DNA from: Epithemia pelagica
Taxonomy: Eukaryota; Protista; Bacillariophyta
DNA length: 64,000 bases
Assembly (NCBI GenBank): GCA_946965045.2
Contig: OX337229.1
Span: 868,001 to 932,000 of the forward strand
Reading direction: 5' to 3'
A program made the position numbers and the translations under genes. Below are positions 10,001-20,100 of the stretch, piece by piece. Numbering within the stretch: the stretch's first letter is position 1; the number at the start of each line of letters is the position of its first letter. The notes under the pieces are model-generated. The model saw only the letters and a program-made list of their open reading frames with translations, was not told the DNA's origin and did not search any database.

Positions 10001-11236
10001 AGCTCGTTCCAGGAGGTGGGGTTGCAATTGAATGCGATATCGTTTCACTGCCTCATGACCCAACAAACGGGAGGGTCGTAACCATTCGTGCAATGGAACA
10101 TGTGGCTTGGTCACGTAATCGGGCAAATAATGATACCGCCAACAACGAGGTGCCCATGGCGCAAAGCCATGAATCCCGGGTGTAATGTGCTTCAATGTGA
10201 GCGTCACATAGGGCGGTAATAAAGACGAGGAAAATGATGACGACAAAGTATGACCACTAGACGCACAAGGGGACACGAGATTCCATACAACATTCCCATT
10301 GGCATCACGAAAATAATGGCGAATATGCTGCTCATTCTTGTCGTTGCTGCTGTCGGGAAGCACGACCAAGGATGGTACGACCGGCACAAAGTAATCGTTC
10401 CAAACGCCGGTTCCTTCCAGTTGCACCGTCTTGGTTGTTGGTTTGTTGTCGTTGCTGTTGCTGTCTTGTTGTTGTTGCGGAAAGTAGGGTCGTCCAGGAA
10501 CATGGTCTCTCCAATGTCCTCGAGGACGGGCAATGTCACTGGCATTGCCCATGCCTTGAAACTCGAGTGTCGCCTGGCGACCATTTCCATGAACCCGTTG
10601 GTCGTAGATAATGTTGCTCACGTTATTGAAATGAATCAGAGGAAGTAAGCGATATTGCTCCGCATACATTAATTGTCCAATGACAAATTGAAAAAAGATG
10701 GTACTCGCTCCTCCTCCAATATCGCCCATGGCAATGTGCAAAACGCCCACGTACGAGTCGTCGAGAGGCTGGCATGCTGTGGATAGAGAGGCAGTCGCAT
10801 TTGGCCTTGGTTCCAATGGATTTTGTGTTTGTACAGGTTGCTCCCTCTTGTCGAGAAATGACCCTTGCTTCAGGTCGTTCTTTGCATCATCATTAGCAGC
10901 TGAGGGAGCTTGAAGCGTCGCTGTGTGGCTTGGAGGAACAGTCTTGGTATCAAATGATTTGTCATGGTTCGATTTTCCTGGATCCTTGCGAAGCCGGTTG
11001 TTGTTGTTATTGTTGTTTCGGTAACCAAGTAAAAACCAGGAATCTAGAACCTTGGTGGAGGCATTGCTTGCTGCTTCCTGTCGAGAAAGCGCCAAGTGAC
11101 TCAAGACCAGGTTGAACAGGATCACGACAAACAGAGCCACAAGACTGAAACGTTTCCACACACCCCAAAGGGACTTGCGTTTGACAGTTCCACCAACTGC
11201 TCCTCCTCCTCCAATGGCCACTCGTTTGCCCTTCAT
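7058..11236 (-). CDS. Type II membrane glycosyltransferase fusion, 1392 aa: two NodZ/GT23-like fucosyltransferase folds plus a C-terminal GT15 (KRE2/MNT1-like) mannosyltransferase domain
   Basis: N-terminal TM anchor FSLVALFVVILFNLVL. Domain 1: GLHIRHSDK, YIYLATDS, EIQALSFC. Domain 2: AAHIQ, IYIATDS, DILAMSKC. GT15 motifs: YRRMIHWF, RLDEDSY, YNNFFV, RRLGD. Intronless. Confidence 0.75.
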   Translation of the reverse strand: MKGKRVAIGGGGAVGGTVKRKSLWGVWKRFSLVALFVVILFNLVLSHLALSRQEAASNASTKVLDSWFLLGYRNNNNNNNRLRKDPGKSNHDKSFDTKTVPPSHTATLQAPSAANDDAKNDLKQGSFLDKREQPVQTQNPLEPRPNATASLSTACQPLDDSYVGVLHIAMGDIGGGASTIFFQFVIGQLMYAEQYRLLPLIHFNNVSNIIYDQRVHGNGRQATLEFQGMGNASDIARPRGHWRDHVPGRPYFPQQQQDSNSNDNKPTTKTVQLEGTGVWNDYFVPVVPSLVVLPDSSNDKNEQHIRHYFRDANGNVVWNLVSPCASSGHTLSSSFSSSLLPPYVTLTLKHITPGIHGFAPWAPRCWRYHYLPDYVTKPHVPLHEWLRPSRLLGHEAVKRYRIQLQPHLLERARHANPHCSNKNNKCLGLHIRHSDKAAGRRQVPVSEFLPFVKAFVHAGGEYIYLATDSTLVLQEIANEWPPDLFRRITSLGSGSVGAGAPDPQHPGSEPRVVRSDSDQAVFDLAASHHHQTNMEALVEIQALSFCRFMVHGLSALSESALWLNGELQTGSVNLEDPNHIDASLFGTFVQMALRGEDPQYLPKPPASSKWWKVRPIESLSIRPSPSSLSSACSLGYKGVLLISSTGGDRVTIDMAMFTYILNQLLYAEKHNWLPVIHLEPSKENSVLYDRWAHSTSSTSSKDDGLLHFKTWYTIDMDNGDLYPSEPRKLSNSGSDEGQSKVAKSLNGNGLWQSYMHSVPNFSLPEDSSCSQLPVATMNDAQVVALTMKAPWALRVRKYKHVPDHLWHPGSWNEWYAPIRERAHSLIQKYYKFQPHLLERADAVNPIEINDVCVAAHIQTANDYLPYLQAFAEAGGNCIYIATDSWRVLRYIEKNFPSDITSLIRTQGDHVVRTTKEWPLHMIDNHHRVNSEALVDILAMSKCQFLLHATTTASEAAIYLNLNLHNSSVNIDDPNRLSVAEFGSMVRKEVHKKQLQSNNERDKLENQQSATGPLVERKLENATIVFRDTSRKCRSNAVVYLAQKQHSSYTGRNSHANFLRSLDLVNKNYLSLNNHLDNLDLFIFHTNDFTKSDLEILESRLGESFSGVIRLVNLTGSPFWQRPSHHAGDDPNTWHVYPLFSEGYRRMIHWFAIDIWDFFAKWNDQEDCSYRYIFRLDEDSYIHSPIQYDIFDFMKSNQYAYGYRLCAYEMQVTRQMRALYRKKNPTFQPQRKVELEMCGFYNNFFVADIEFFQSAPVQKFLRFIDRQGQIYRRRLGDLMIHSMSAYLFAEPSRIHRFLDFTYEHGTFNQTNGCLAWGGIQAGYNDENATALLNEFYQENLINRGCLANATFMHPPDLSPTYAHLPEKHSEKLSLYTITAGRVEFPLGKGILSG

Positions 11237-12029
11237 GGCTTCCTTTGTTGGTCTCTGTTATATATGACGACAGTCAGAAGAAGCAAGGACGACAAGAGAC
11301 ACAATGGACAACGCCCTGTCGGAAAAAATGAAGCTGTGATTTGTGAAGGGACTTTTGGGAGTGACTCCTCGGTGGTGACTCGGAAGCTCGATCAGTTCGA
11401 TGGACAGACGGCGGAAGACGGTAGGCAGGTAGCTCAGTCCCATGTCCTTGCTGGAAAGTAAGTCCCTCTTGGCTATAGTCGTGAATTCGCGACTATTCCC
11501 CAGAGAATACTAGCGACTGGCAAGTGAGTAATCGTACACTCCTTGTCGTACTTTAGTATTATTCTCCTCCTGGTTTAACCGGTTGGCCCAGCTCCGATTC
11601 TGATTAAGCCTCACTTTGAAAGTTAGGGCATCGTTCCGAATTCGGAAGGGCCGGCCACCTTCTGGGACATTCAATGGCATTGGGGGTGTCACTGGTAAAC
11701 CCACTTTGAAGTTTTCAGTGCAAAAGAAAGACCATCCCAGCCAAGTTCATTCTTCAGCGCCCAATCCCCCACGGACCCCCTGTAGTTCTACACAAATTGA
11801 CATACACAAAGTTCCAAACGCCCGGTCGTGCCGTGAGGAAATAGCTCTGCTACATAAATAATGTTGTTGGACAAAATCATCCTCATCACCAACAACGAGT
11901 AAGCACAACGCAAAAGCACATCATCGTCAGGAAGAGTGGCTTCTACATAGCGCGCTTGTCCTATCCTTTTCCTCCTTGGCCTTGACATTCACCAAGGAAA
12001 AACTTGCCTTTTGTTGATTGTCGTTGAGA

Positions 12030-15000
12030 ATGGCACGCGATGCTCAATCACTGTGGACTTCGAGCTCCTCTGCGATTGACGTGCATCAACATAGTGATTT
12101 TGCATTGCCATCAACACCTTCTCCCAATCCGTTGGTTGTCACTCGAACATCTTCGGCTTCTTCGATTCTTCAATCTACATCCAGTGCAGTCGAGAGCAAT
12201 GCCGTGCAGCAGCAGCAGCCAGACCCATCGCAACGAGCCGCGGTGGTAGCATCCGCTCCTCGTGGAGTGTCTCGGAGACAGTCCTATCCGGCACCGAAAC
12301 AATCCAATCCACAAGAGCAACCACAGGAATCACCATTACAGACAGCAATCCCTTCTACAACAACAAAGACGAGACCAAGGTGGTTGCCAGGTGTCTCACG
12401 GAGACAATCTCATCCAGCCCCGACCGATGCCGAATCTCCATTGCAAACCAGCAGCAAGAAGAATCAAACTCCAAAACCCAATAGCAACAACAACAATGGC
12501 AGTAGCAGCAACAACGCTCCCTCGTGGAGACCTCGGTGGTTACCAAGACGCAAGTCCAAAACGGACTTGATTGATGTCTTGTTGGACGATGGAACCACTC
12601 AAAAAGAAAGTACCAGTAGTGCGGAACCTGATCCATCCACGCCCCGCAAACAACAACAACAACAACTCCAAAAAGTACCCTCCAAACGATCTCGAAAATC
12701 CTCTTCTCGAAGGAGTCTCAGTGGGGACAACACTGGCCTCGCCGATGCCACCAACAGCAGCCCTTCGGCGACAACAACGACGACATGTCCCAAATCGCCA
12801 TTGCTGGGCCGCAAAAAGAGCAAACGATATTTGGGCCTCGCGGATGAAAAGGCATCAACCACCACCAAGAGCAAGAATACGAAAAAGTCGGAGGAACCAG
12901 AACAACCGGTCAAGCAATCCTCCTTTCGATTACGTCGAAAGGGCAGCGGCCGAAAACTCACCAGTGAAAGCAACACAGCCAAGGCTGGATCCTTGGCAGC
13001 AGCCCTGGAGAAACAAGGCCGGGCCAACTCCTCGTCCAACATTTATGGAAAGAATCGTCGCAACAGCAACAACAACAAGAACCATCCAGATGGCGAAGAA
13101 GAGCGAACCGTTACTTCCACATCGTCCTTTGGAGCCTGGTCCTTGCGGAGTGCTCCCACCATTGTTGCCGCCAGTGGCAGCAACAACCACAACAATCACC
13201 ACAAGACGGAAACTCCCACCCGCAAGAGCAAACCTCCCACAACACCCGTCACCCGAGCCACAATACCCTTGACACCCACATCGGAAGAATCCTCCATGTC
13301 CTCTCCAACTACCAAATCACACGTGTTTCCACAATCCATTCTAGAAACAACAACAGCAACCTCAAGAGTGACGGGTCAAGAACAAGAATCGTTTGCGACA
13401 CGGTGGGAAACAGAGAACCCCTCACCCGAAACAGAGACAATACCAAAGCCACAACCAGTCAACACCAACGATCAGTTGGACAATGAGGAATCCACCACAT
13501 GTTTTCTGGCACACGAAGACGATGACGACTTGTTGGGACTTCAACCTCTGCCTCTGCCATCGGAGGCAGAACTCACGCTGTCTCCCACAAACTCCACTCG
13601 CAAGCTTGTCGCGAGCGAGAACAACAACAGCAGTAGTTGCACCACCACCACCATTAATGGTAGACCACCAAAAGCTGTGAAAAAGACCAAATCACGAAGC
13701 AAGAAACAACGAAACGGCAGTATCTCTTCTGGCAACAAACCTCGAGGCAGTGATGACAATGAAAGTCAGTGCGGAACGGCTTCCATTGTTTCCTCATCAA
13801 CCTTACCATCCGTGGAGCAACCTCCAAAGTTCTTTCCGGTTATTTCAAAAGACGAAAATCTAGATGTTGCAACCCTTGCGACCAGCAATCACTCGTTTCC
13901 GGCACAGGATTTTGAAGCCGACGACGAGCAAGAGGGGATGGAAAGCCACAATACTGTTGTGGAGAATAGCAGCGGCGTTCGAGACGTATCAAGTGTTCAA
14001 CCAAACAACAAACAAGAATCCAAAACCAAAAAGAAAAAGAAAAAGAGCAAGATTCAAAAGACTTCTTCATCGTCGAGGATGTCATCATCGTCCTCTGGTG
14101 ACACCAACTGGACTCCTGTTCGATTGGACAAACCACACTACGCGGATGGGAGCCCAACAGGAAAACCCCCGCGACGAAACAGTACAAATCAAGTGAACTC
14201 AATCAATGGGAAAAGTTCCTTGGAACAAAAATCACAATCCAAGGAAAACAGAGAAATGGGCAAAACTTCGTCTTCGCACCACAAGACTCCTCGTTTGATG
14301 AGACGCAACAGCGTAGACACTGCTGGACTTGCATCCATGCGCCGGAAAGAAAAACATGGCCGAGAACCAAGAAGTATGTTGATGATGATGAAACGCCGGA
14401 GCTCTGGTGACGGAGGCTCTACTGAAGAATCGAGGAATGACTGTGAAGACCCACAAGGATTGAAGCAACAAAGGAGAAACTCCACAAACGGTTACACGTC
14501 CGCTCCCTTCGAGCCACCGAAACGACCTCCCAGACCAAAATCACCCCCATCGTTGCTCCCCACATCCTTGTCTTCATCCTACGACAAAGATCAATTAGGC
14601 ACTGACAGGGAATCGTCCTATCATTCACTAGTTCAGCGACATGATAGCGGGGACCAACCGTCCCTGCCTCCGCTTACTCGTCAAAGCAGCCTTTCCCGAA
14701 GCAGTTTCACAGCTTCCATGTTGATGCGACGGAATAGTTTGAGAAACATTCATGGAGAAGATGAAGACGCTCCTCAGCCTTCCTTTCCTCCATCAACTCT
14801 CAAGCGACGAAGTAGCATGGGTGATGTAGGAACCACCCGAGAACGCGAAGCATTAGCTTCCACTGGTTTGCTCAGTACAAGAGAAGAGGTTGAATTTTTC
14901 CTGAAACTCCCACGACGACAGAATAGCAAGGAACGAACACGACGATCCCAACAGGAACACAATAGTGGTGAATCTAGTGAAACAAAATGGTCAGCAGAGA

Positions 15001-16943
15001 ACCAGCAAGATCCCTCAATACCACAACCCTGGAGTCTTTCGCTCCATCGGATGAAACGAAGAAACAGCACCGGTGACGTACCACCAAGATTTATCAATTC
15101 AACAAGGAGCCGTTCTAGGTCACCTAAAAGAGGAGAAAAAACAGAGACATCGTCGCCTCCGCCTCGGCAATACCAGGGACGTCCCATATCGCCTCTCCGC
15201 AATTCCACTCCCGGTGAACGATCCAATCGGCAAATGGTCCGACGGGATGGATCGCTTTCGCCTGTGCGAAGGCGAAACAGTGTGGGTGATACGCCAGCTT
15301 CCCATATGGCAAAGTTAGCGAAGGAACAGTATCAGAGGCGACGGAACAGCATTGGTGAGCACCCATCTAGACAAGAAAACCGCCAAACCCCCGTGCCTCC
15401 TATGCGAAGAAACAGTTTCACTAGAGACTCAGATGAACCAGCGAATTCTGGGGAATCAGCGCTAGTTGACAGACATCAAGACGCCCGACGAAAGACTGAG
15501 GAGTCTCATAAAGGAAAGCAGTATAAGATCATTGATGATGAACTCGACGCACGAAGCAACCATTCTCTGAAGAAAAGGATTCCGTCCCGTGTGGAGCAAA
15601 TGCAGCAGTATCGACTATCGAGATCTGGGGGTGGTGGACAAATGAACAGAGAGGGAAAAGTTACTCGAAGTGGCCCCATGAACATCCAGGATTTTGGCAT
15701 CGAAGCTGCAAATGACAGTTATGAGCAAGGAGTTGATCTTCATGAGTCCATGGAGTTGGAGCAACTCATGTCACCCAAGCGGAACCTTGTTGCAAGCATG
15801 TTGGCGACCATGAATCAGGGTGTTCCAACCACACCGCTCTTTCTCAAAAGGGGACCTTCGAATGGTTCGGATTCCCCTTCTGTCGGCAAAGGTGTAACCC
15901 CGAGAATGGCAAACCTTTCCACTTTGACACCACCGTACAGGAAATCAATTGAATGTTTGCAAGACAGTTTCACAGATTGGCATATTGCTGTTGGTCAGGA
16001 TTCCATTGCTGGTTCCAGTCTATCCGCAAGCACCGTTGCAAGCGCCGTTACAAATGATGAACAGGCATTGAAGAAACAGCTACGTCGAAAATTGATGCTA
16101 GCTCACAAAAGTATTGATCCTACTCAAATGTCCCAAGGAAGTTCGATGTTGAGTTTCAATCAATCCTTGACCAGCATCAATGAAATACACGAACTGTCTC
16201 GTGAACAAATGGAACTATTGGAGCTTGGATCCAAAGTCTCGTTCCGCAAAGGTAGCATTGTTTCCGTGGAAGGACGTCGATCCCGAGAAGGTTCCGATCA
16301 CTCCTTTGATGGTTCTGTTTCCACCAGCATGACGGATGCTCTATCCTTGGGCAACCAGTCGTTTTCACGTTCGGATGACTACACCCCCCGTTTACCCGAA
16401 CGAATCGACAGCGACGAGCTCAGTGAAATGATTCAAAGTCTTCCCAGTCACTCTGAGGAACGTAAACAACGATTTGGCCGAAACAGCGACGAAGATGCCT
16501 CGATTGAATCGTTTTCAAGGTCATCCTCGATTCGATCGCGCAGCGGCCACCGACATCGACCGAGATCAATGAGAACCTCGCGCCCAAGATCTGTGAGCTC
16601 TGCTGGTTCGTCAGGTCATCGCACGCCCAATGAGATGCCTGAGGTAGCAGCGGAATCACAAAATCTGTTTCTCCAACTGGATTTCCAATCTCTTGGCTCC
16701 GTTCAGTATGCCAACAACATGGCAGTGAACACGATGACCGACCACCATGAGGAGGAAAACGAAGACGGAGACATTCATATGCAGCAATCACGCCGGAGCA
16801 CTTCGGATAGACAGGGGACTAACTTGTTCCGATCCCGAGTAACGGCAAACAACCAGGACGAAAGCGAGGACGACAATTCATCAAAGAGTATTATGGACCG
16901 GCTTTGGCAGTTGGGCAGCAGCAAAAATCCAGCTGTTGAGTAG
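12030..16943 (+). CDS. Large Ser/Arg/Gln-rich intrinsically disordered protein of unknown function with many RRxS motifs
   Basis: Uninterrupted 4.9-kb ORF, first ATG at 12030; no recognisable globular domain. Confidence 0.75.
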   Translation: MARDAQSLWTSSSSAIDVHQHSDFALPSTPSPNPLVVTRTSSASSILQSTSSAVESNAVQQQQPDPSQRAAVVASAPRGVSRRQSYPAPKQSNPQEQPQESPLQTAIPSTTTKTRPRWLPGVSRRQSHPAPTDAESPLQTSSKKNQTPKPNSNNNNGSSSNNAPSWRPRWLPRRKSKTDLIDVLLDDGTTQKESTSSAEPDPSTPRKQQQQQLQKVPSKRSRKSSSRRSLSGDNTGLADATNSSPSATTTTTCPKSPLLGRKKSKRYLGLADEKASTTTKSKNTKKSEEPEQPVKQSSFRLRRKGSGRKLTSESNTAKAGSLAAALEKQGRANSSSNIYGKNRRNSNNNKNHPDGEEERTVTSTSSFGAWSLRSAPTIVAASGSNNHNNHHKTETPTRKSKPPTTPVTRATIPLTPTSEESSMSSPTTKSHVFPQSILETTTATSRVTGQEQESFATRWETENPSPETETIPKPQPVNTNDQLDNEESTTCFLAHEDDDDLLGLQPLPLPSEAELTLSPTNSTRKLVASENNNSSSCTTTTINGRPPKAVKKTKSRSKKQRNGSISSGNKPRGSDDNESQCGTASIVSSSTLPSVEQPPKFFPVISKDENLDVATLATSNHSFPAQDFEADDEQEGMESHNTVVENSSGVRDVSSVQPNNKQESKTKKKKKKSKIQKTSSSSRMSSSSSGDTNWTPVRLDKPHYADGSPTGKPPRRNSTNQVNSINGKSSLEQKSQSKENREMGKTSSSHHKTPRLMRRNSVDTAGLASMRRKEKHGREPRSMLMMMKRRSSGDGGSTEESRNDCEDPQGLKQQRRNSTNGYTSAPFEPPKRPPRPKSPPSLLPTSLSSSYDKDQLGTDRESSYHSLVQRHDSGDQPSLPPLTRQSSLSRSSFTASMLMRRNSLRNIHGEDEDAPQPSFPPSTLKRRSSMGDVGTTREREALASTGLLSTREEVEFFLKLPRRQNSKERTRRSQQEHNSGESSETKWSAENQQDPSIPQPWSLSLHRMKRRNSTGDVPPRFINSTRSRSRSPKRGEKTETSSPPPRQYQGRPISPLRNSTPGERSNRQMVRRDGSLSPVRRRNSVGDTPASHMAKLAKEQYQRRRNSIGEHPSRQENRQTPVPPMRRNSFTRDSDEPANSGESALVDRHQDARRKTEESHKGKQYKIIDDELDARSNHSLKKRIPSRVEQMQQYRLSRSGGGGQMNREGKVTRSGPMNIQDFGIEAANDSYEQGVDLHESMELEQLMSPKRNLVASMLATMNQGVPTTPLFLKRGPSNGSDSPSVGKGVTPRMANLSTLTPPYRKSIECLQDSFTDWHIAVGQDSIAGSSLSASTVASAVTNDEQALKKQLRRKLMLAHKSIDPTQMSQGSSMLSFNQSLTSINEIHELSREQMELLELGSKVSFRKGSIVSVEGRRSREGSDHSFDGSVSTSMTDALSLGNQSFSRSDDYTPRLPERIDSDELSEMIQSLPSHSEERKQRFGRNSDEDASIESFSRSSSIRSRSGHRHRPRSMRTSRPRSVSSAGSSGHRTPNEMPEVAAESQNLFLQLDFQSLGSVQYANNMAVNTMTDHHEEENEDGDIHMQQSRRSTSDRQGTNLFRSRVTANNQDESEDDNSSKSIMDRLWQLGSSKNPAVE

Positions 16944-17123
16944 GAAAAGTCGCTTTTGATGCCCTCTACAAACACATAAGTGAACTTTCTCATGCAACTT
17001 GCTGCTCATAGTATGTAGTATGAGATGTGTTATGCTATTGACTTCGATGAAAATTAATATCCCGGACTCTGCCCTCTATTGGCTTGGGAGCGGGAAATTG
17101 CCGTGGTAATTATTGAACACGCT

Positions 17124-20100
17124 CTATCGTCGCCACGCCGTAAAAAGTCCCCGCTTCTTCTTACCTTGGTCTTCCACGTCGTTGACAACGAGACCTTTCT
17201 TGGGAGCACCATCACCACTTTCAGTTCGGCCAAGTCCTGAATGCGCCATCTCATTCCCTAAACTTGGTTCACTCAGACTTTTCTTGTATTCAAGTGTTGT
17301 ATTAGCTTCGATTGGTTTCTCCACAGGAGTTTCTTCTTGTGAATCGCTCATTGATGACTTGGCAGTCTTCAACTGCTGTTTTCCAGTTTTCGATTCCTTT
17401 ACAACTTTCGTACTCTTTTTCTGTTTGGTTGCACTTGTCGACTTGCGACGAGTCTTTGTCTTCACATCAGAAGTTTCACCATTTTCAGCCGAGGTTGTCA
17501 CGGCTTCCTCCTCGATGTTAGAACTGCTTCGTTTCGCAATGACTGAAGACTTGATGTTATCCTCAGTCTTATTGTTTATTCGATTTTCACCATTAAGTTC
17601 TGTCTTCTCTTTCGTGGATGTAGTTTTTGTGAGGGTGTCCCGCTCCTTCGACGATCCGGTCTTCGATGAGACGGGCTGGACCTTGTCTGTAGACTTGACC
17701 TTTCTAGTCTTAGATTTCTCATTGCTTGAAGATGACGCCTTCTTGACCAATCGTTTGGAATCAGCCGTGGCAACTGCATCATGTGGAACTGGAAGATTGG
17801 ACTGCTCGATGGAGTTGTTCTCGGAGGTTTTCTCACCTGAATCCTTACGGACAACCTTGCTGGTATCGCCCTTTTCCCCCCTGACATCTTTCTTTTTCTT
17901 TCCAGAGGAGGCCTTATTTTCCAAACTTCGAGATTCCTTTTTGACTACTCCTCCCTTTGAAACGGAAAGTTTGGACTGCTCGTTTGACTTTGTCTCTGAA
18001 GTCTTCTCACTTGACTGTGCCACAACGGGATTGGTGTTGTTGTCCGTTTGACCTACTTCAGAAGTACTGGGGTCTTTCTTTTTCTTTTTGGTTATCTTTC
18101 TTCCGTTTGAGCTTGATGAGACAGATGCTCGAACGTCGACATCCGAACGGGAGATGGTTCTGGATGTGCTTTCGGAACGTTTCCCCTTGCTGGAGGTTTT
18201 AGATGTAACACCGGTAGTTCTCTCTAAACGAGGATCACTGGAAGAGGAGCGTGTTTTGCGTCCACTGTGGGATTTCTTCCGAGATGACAGGGATGATCTT
18301 CCAATACGTCTTTCGATGGACTCGAATTCACCAGCTTCATCGACCCCCTTAGTTTCCTTTTTGCTTTTCGACTTCTTTTGTTTGGAACTCGCTTTTGGTC
18401 GTGTCTCATCGACTCCATCACCTTCGTTCACAGCCACAAACAGTTTAGATGCATCGTCTGACCGCTTGGGTCGGCGCCCCTGCCGCTGACTAGGACGATG
18501 CTTCCCTGAATTCATCTCTGCGATCAGCGTGTCCATGAACGACGAACCAGTGCTTTTCTTGTTTTCAGAAACAGTCTTTTCGGTACTTGCGTGCGTCACA
18601 GTAAACGCCTTGGAAGAATCATCTGATCTTTTCGGAGGTCCGTCCGGTACGAAATTGCTTGATACAGAACTGTTTAAGCCACTGTCGTCCATTCGAGGAC
18701 AATCTTCCGGTTCATCAAGGATGACTGTTTCAGTAATTTTGGTCTTCGACATAGATGACTTTTTCTTTTTGGACTTAGTTTTCTTCTTTGCAGGCTCATC
18801 TTTGGTTTTCTTCTTGGACTTCTTTTTCTTCTTTGATTCATTCTTGATACTCTTATGCTCGGCTTCTCCTTCCACCCTCTTCTTCTTCTTTTCTTCTACG
18901 ATGATAGGTGTGGGGGCCGTTTCTGTTTCAGTCTCCTTGGTGTCTTCTGGTTTTTCCTCCGGAGAGTTCGGAGCGGAAGCACTTCGATCCGGCTCTAATT
19001 CTGCTGCCACCGCAAATGGTATAAGTTTCGGCATTCCATCAACATCAGCCGACGCCAGAATGGCGTCATTATCCCAATCTCCTTCGTCTTTCGCGGCAGC
19101 TGTATAAGGCATCAATTGGGGCATTGCGTCCGCATCAGGCGAAGACAAAATCTCTTCATTGTCCCAGTCTCCGTCTTCAGATCCGCTGAAGCTGGACGTG
19201 TCCCATCCAGAGCCTTCTGACGAATCTGTGTCCATAGAATTAATAGCTTGTTCAATGCGCCTTTGCCGTTGCACATACTCGTCAGACATTCGTCTTTGTG
19301 GCACGGGTCTTCGAATATCCAATTCGTGCTGTTCTGGAAGTTGTTGTCGATCGGAAGAAACATCTCCACCCTCCTTGGGAACCATGTCTCGAAAGACATT
19401 GTCACTCTTCTCCACACCAACAATTGGCTCTGGATCTCCAACATGCCGCTCACTATGCCTCTCAGATGATTGTTCATTTATTACAATTTTCCACGGCTGT
19501 TCCACGTCAGCATCTTGGTCGACAGCATGTGAAATTTCCTCTCTAGAATCCAGACCTTTGGTCTCATCCACCGAAACCAGCCTGTCAACATGTGTGTCGT
19601 TCTCCTGGGGCTTCGATTCCGAGTTTTGTTCAATCGGCTCTTCTTCTTCTTCTTCTTCTTCTTCGTGTAGAGTTTCAAGTACTTTCGGTTCATACGAATG
19701 TTCGTGATCTTGAGACAGGTCATAGGGATCGTGCAGTGGAATGTACTCCACTGTAAGATCCGAACTTTCAGTTTCTTCTTCCGTGTTTTCAGTATCGTTG
19801 TCCATCATGTCTGATAGTTTTTGGGGTGCTTTCAATTCCACGTCCAAAGGCTCTGCGATCGCAGGTTCTTCTTTATGGTTCTCTTCCGTTTCAACAAAAG
19901 ATCTCTCTGCATCAAGTATTTGTTTCACTGCATGCCGCATGGCCAAGAAAATTGGAGAACAACCTCCTTCGGACGACGCCCCCACATGGGACATGGCCAA
20001 CGGCCACAAACCAAGAGAAGTGGTACTCGAATTTTTGGTGTTGTTGTAAATGATTTGTTCCATTCGCCCGATATCCGTGTTGCGTTGCAAAATGGAGCGA

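Noticed and set aside
11581-11657. tRNA-Sec (UCA loop on minus strand) or tRNA-Ser(UGA)
   Set aside because: No T-arm with TTCRA loop, no long variable arm, no D-loop GG; not annotated as a tRNA
17113-18051. Long antisense ORFs (also 18529-19107, 43430-44284, 49666-50448, 49901-50626, 62744-63883, 40784-41398)
   Set aside because: Shadows of low-complexity or codon-biased sense genes; no independent motifs
17124-19100. Lys/Ser-rich tail as silaffin/cingulin-like silica protein
   Set aside because: No signal peptide and no regular KxxK repeat units; it is attached to a cytosolic-type LRR-like head
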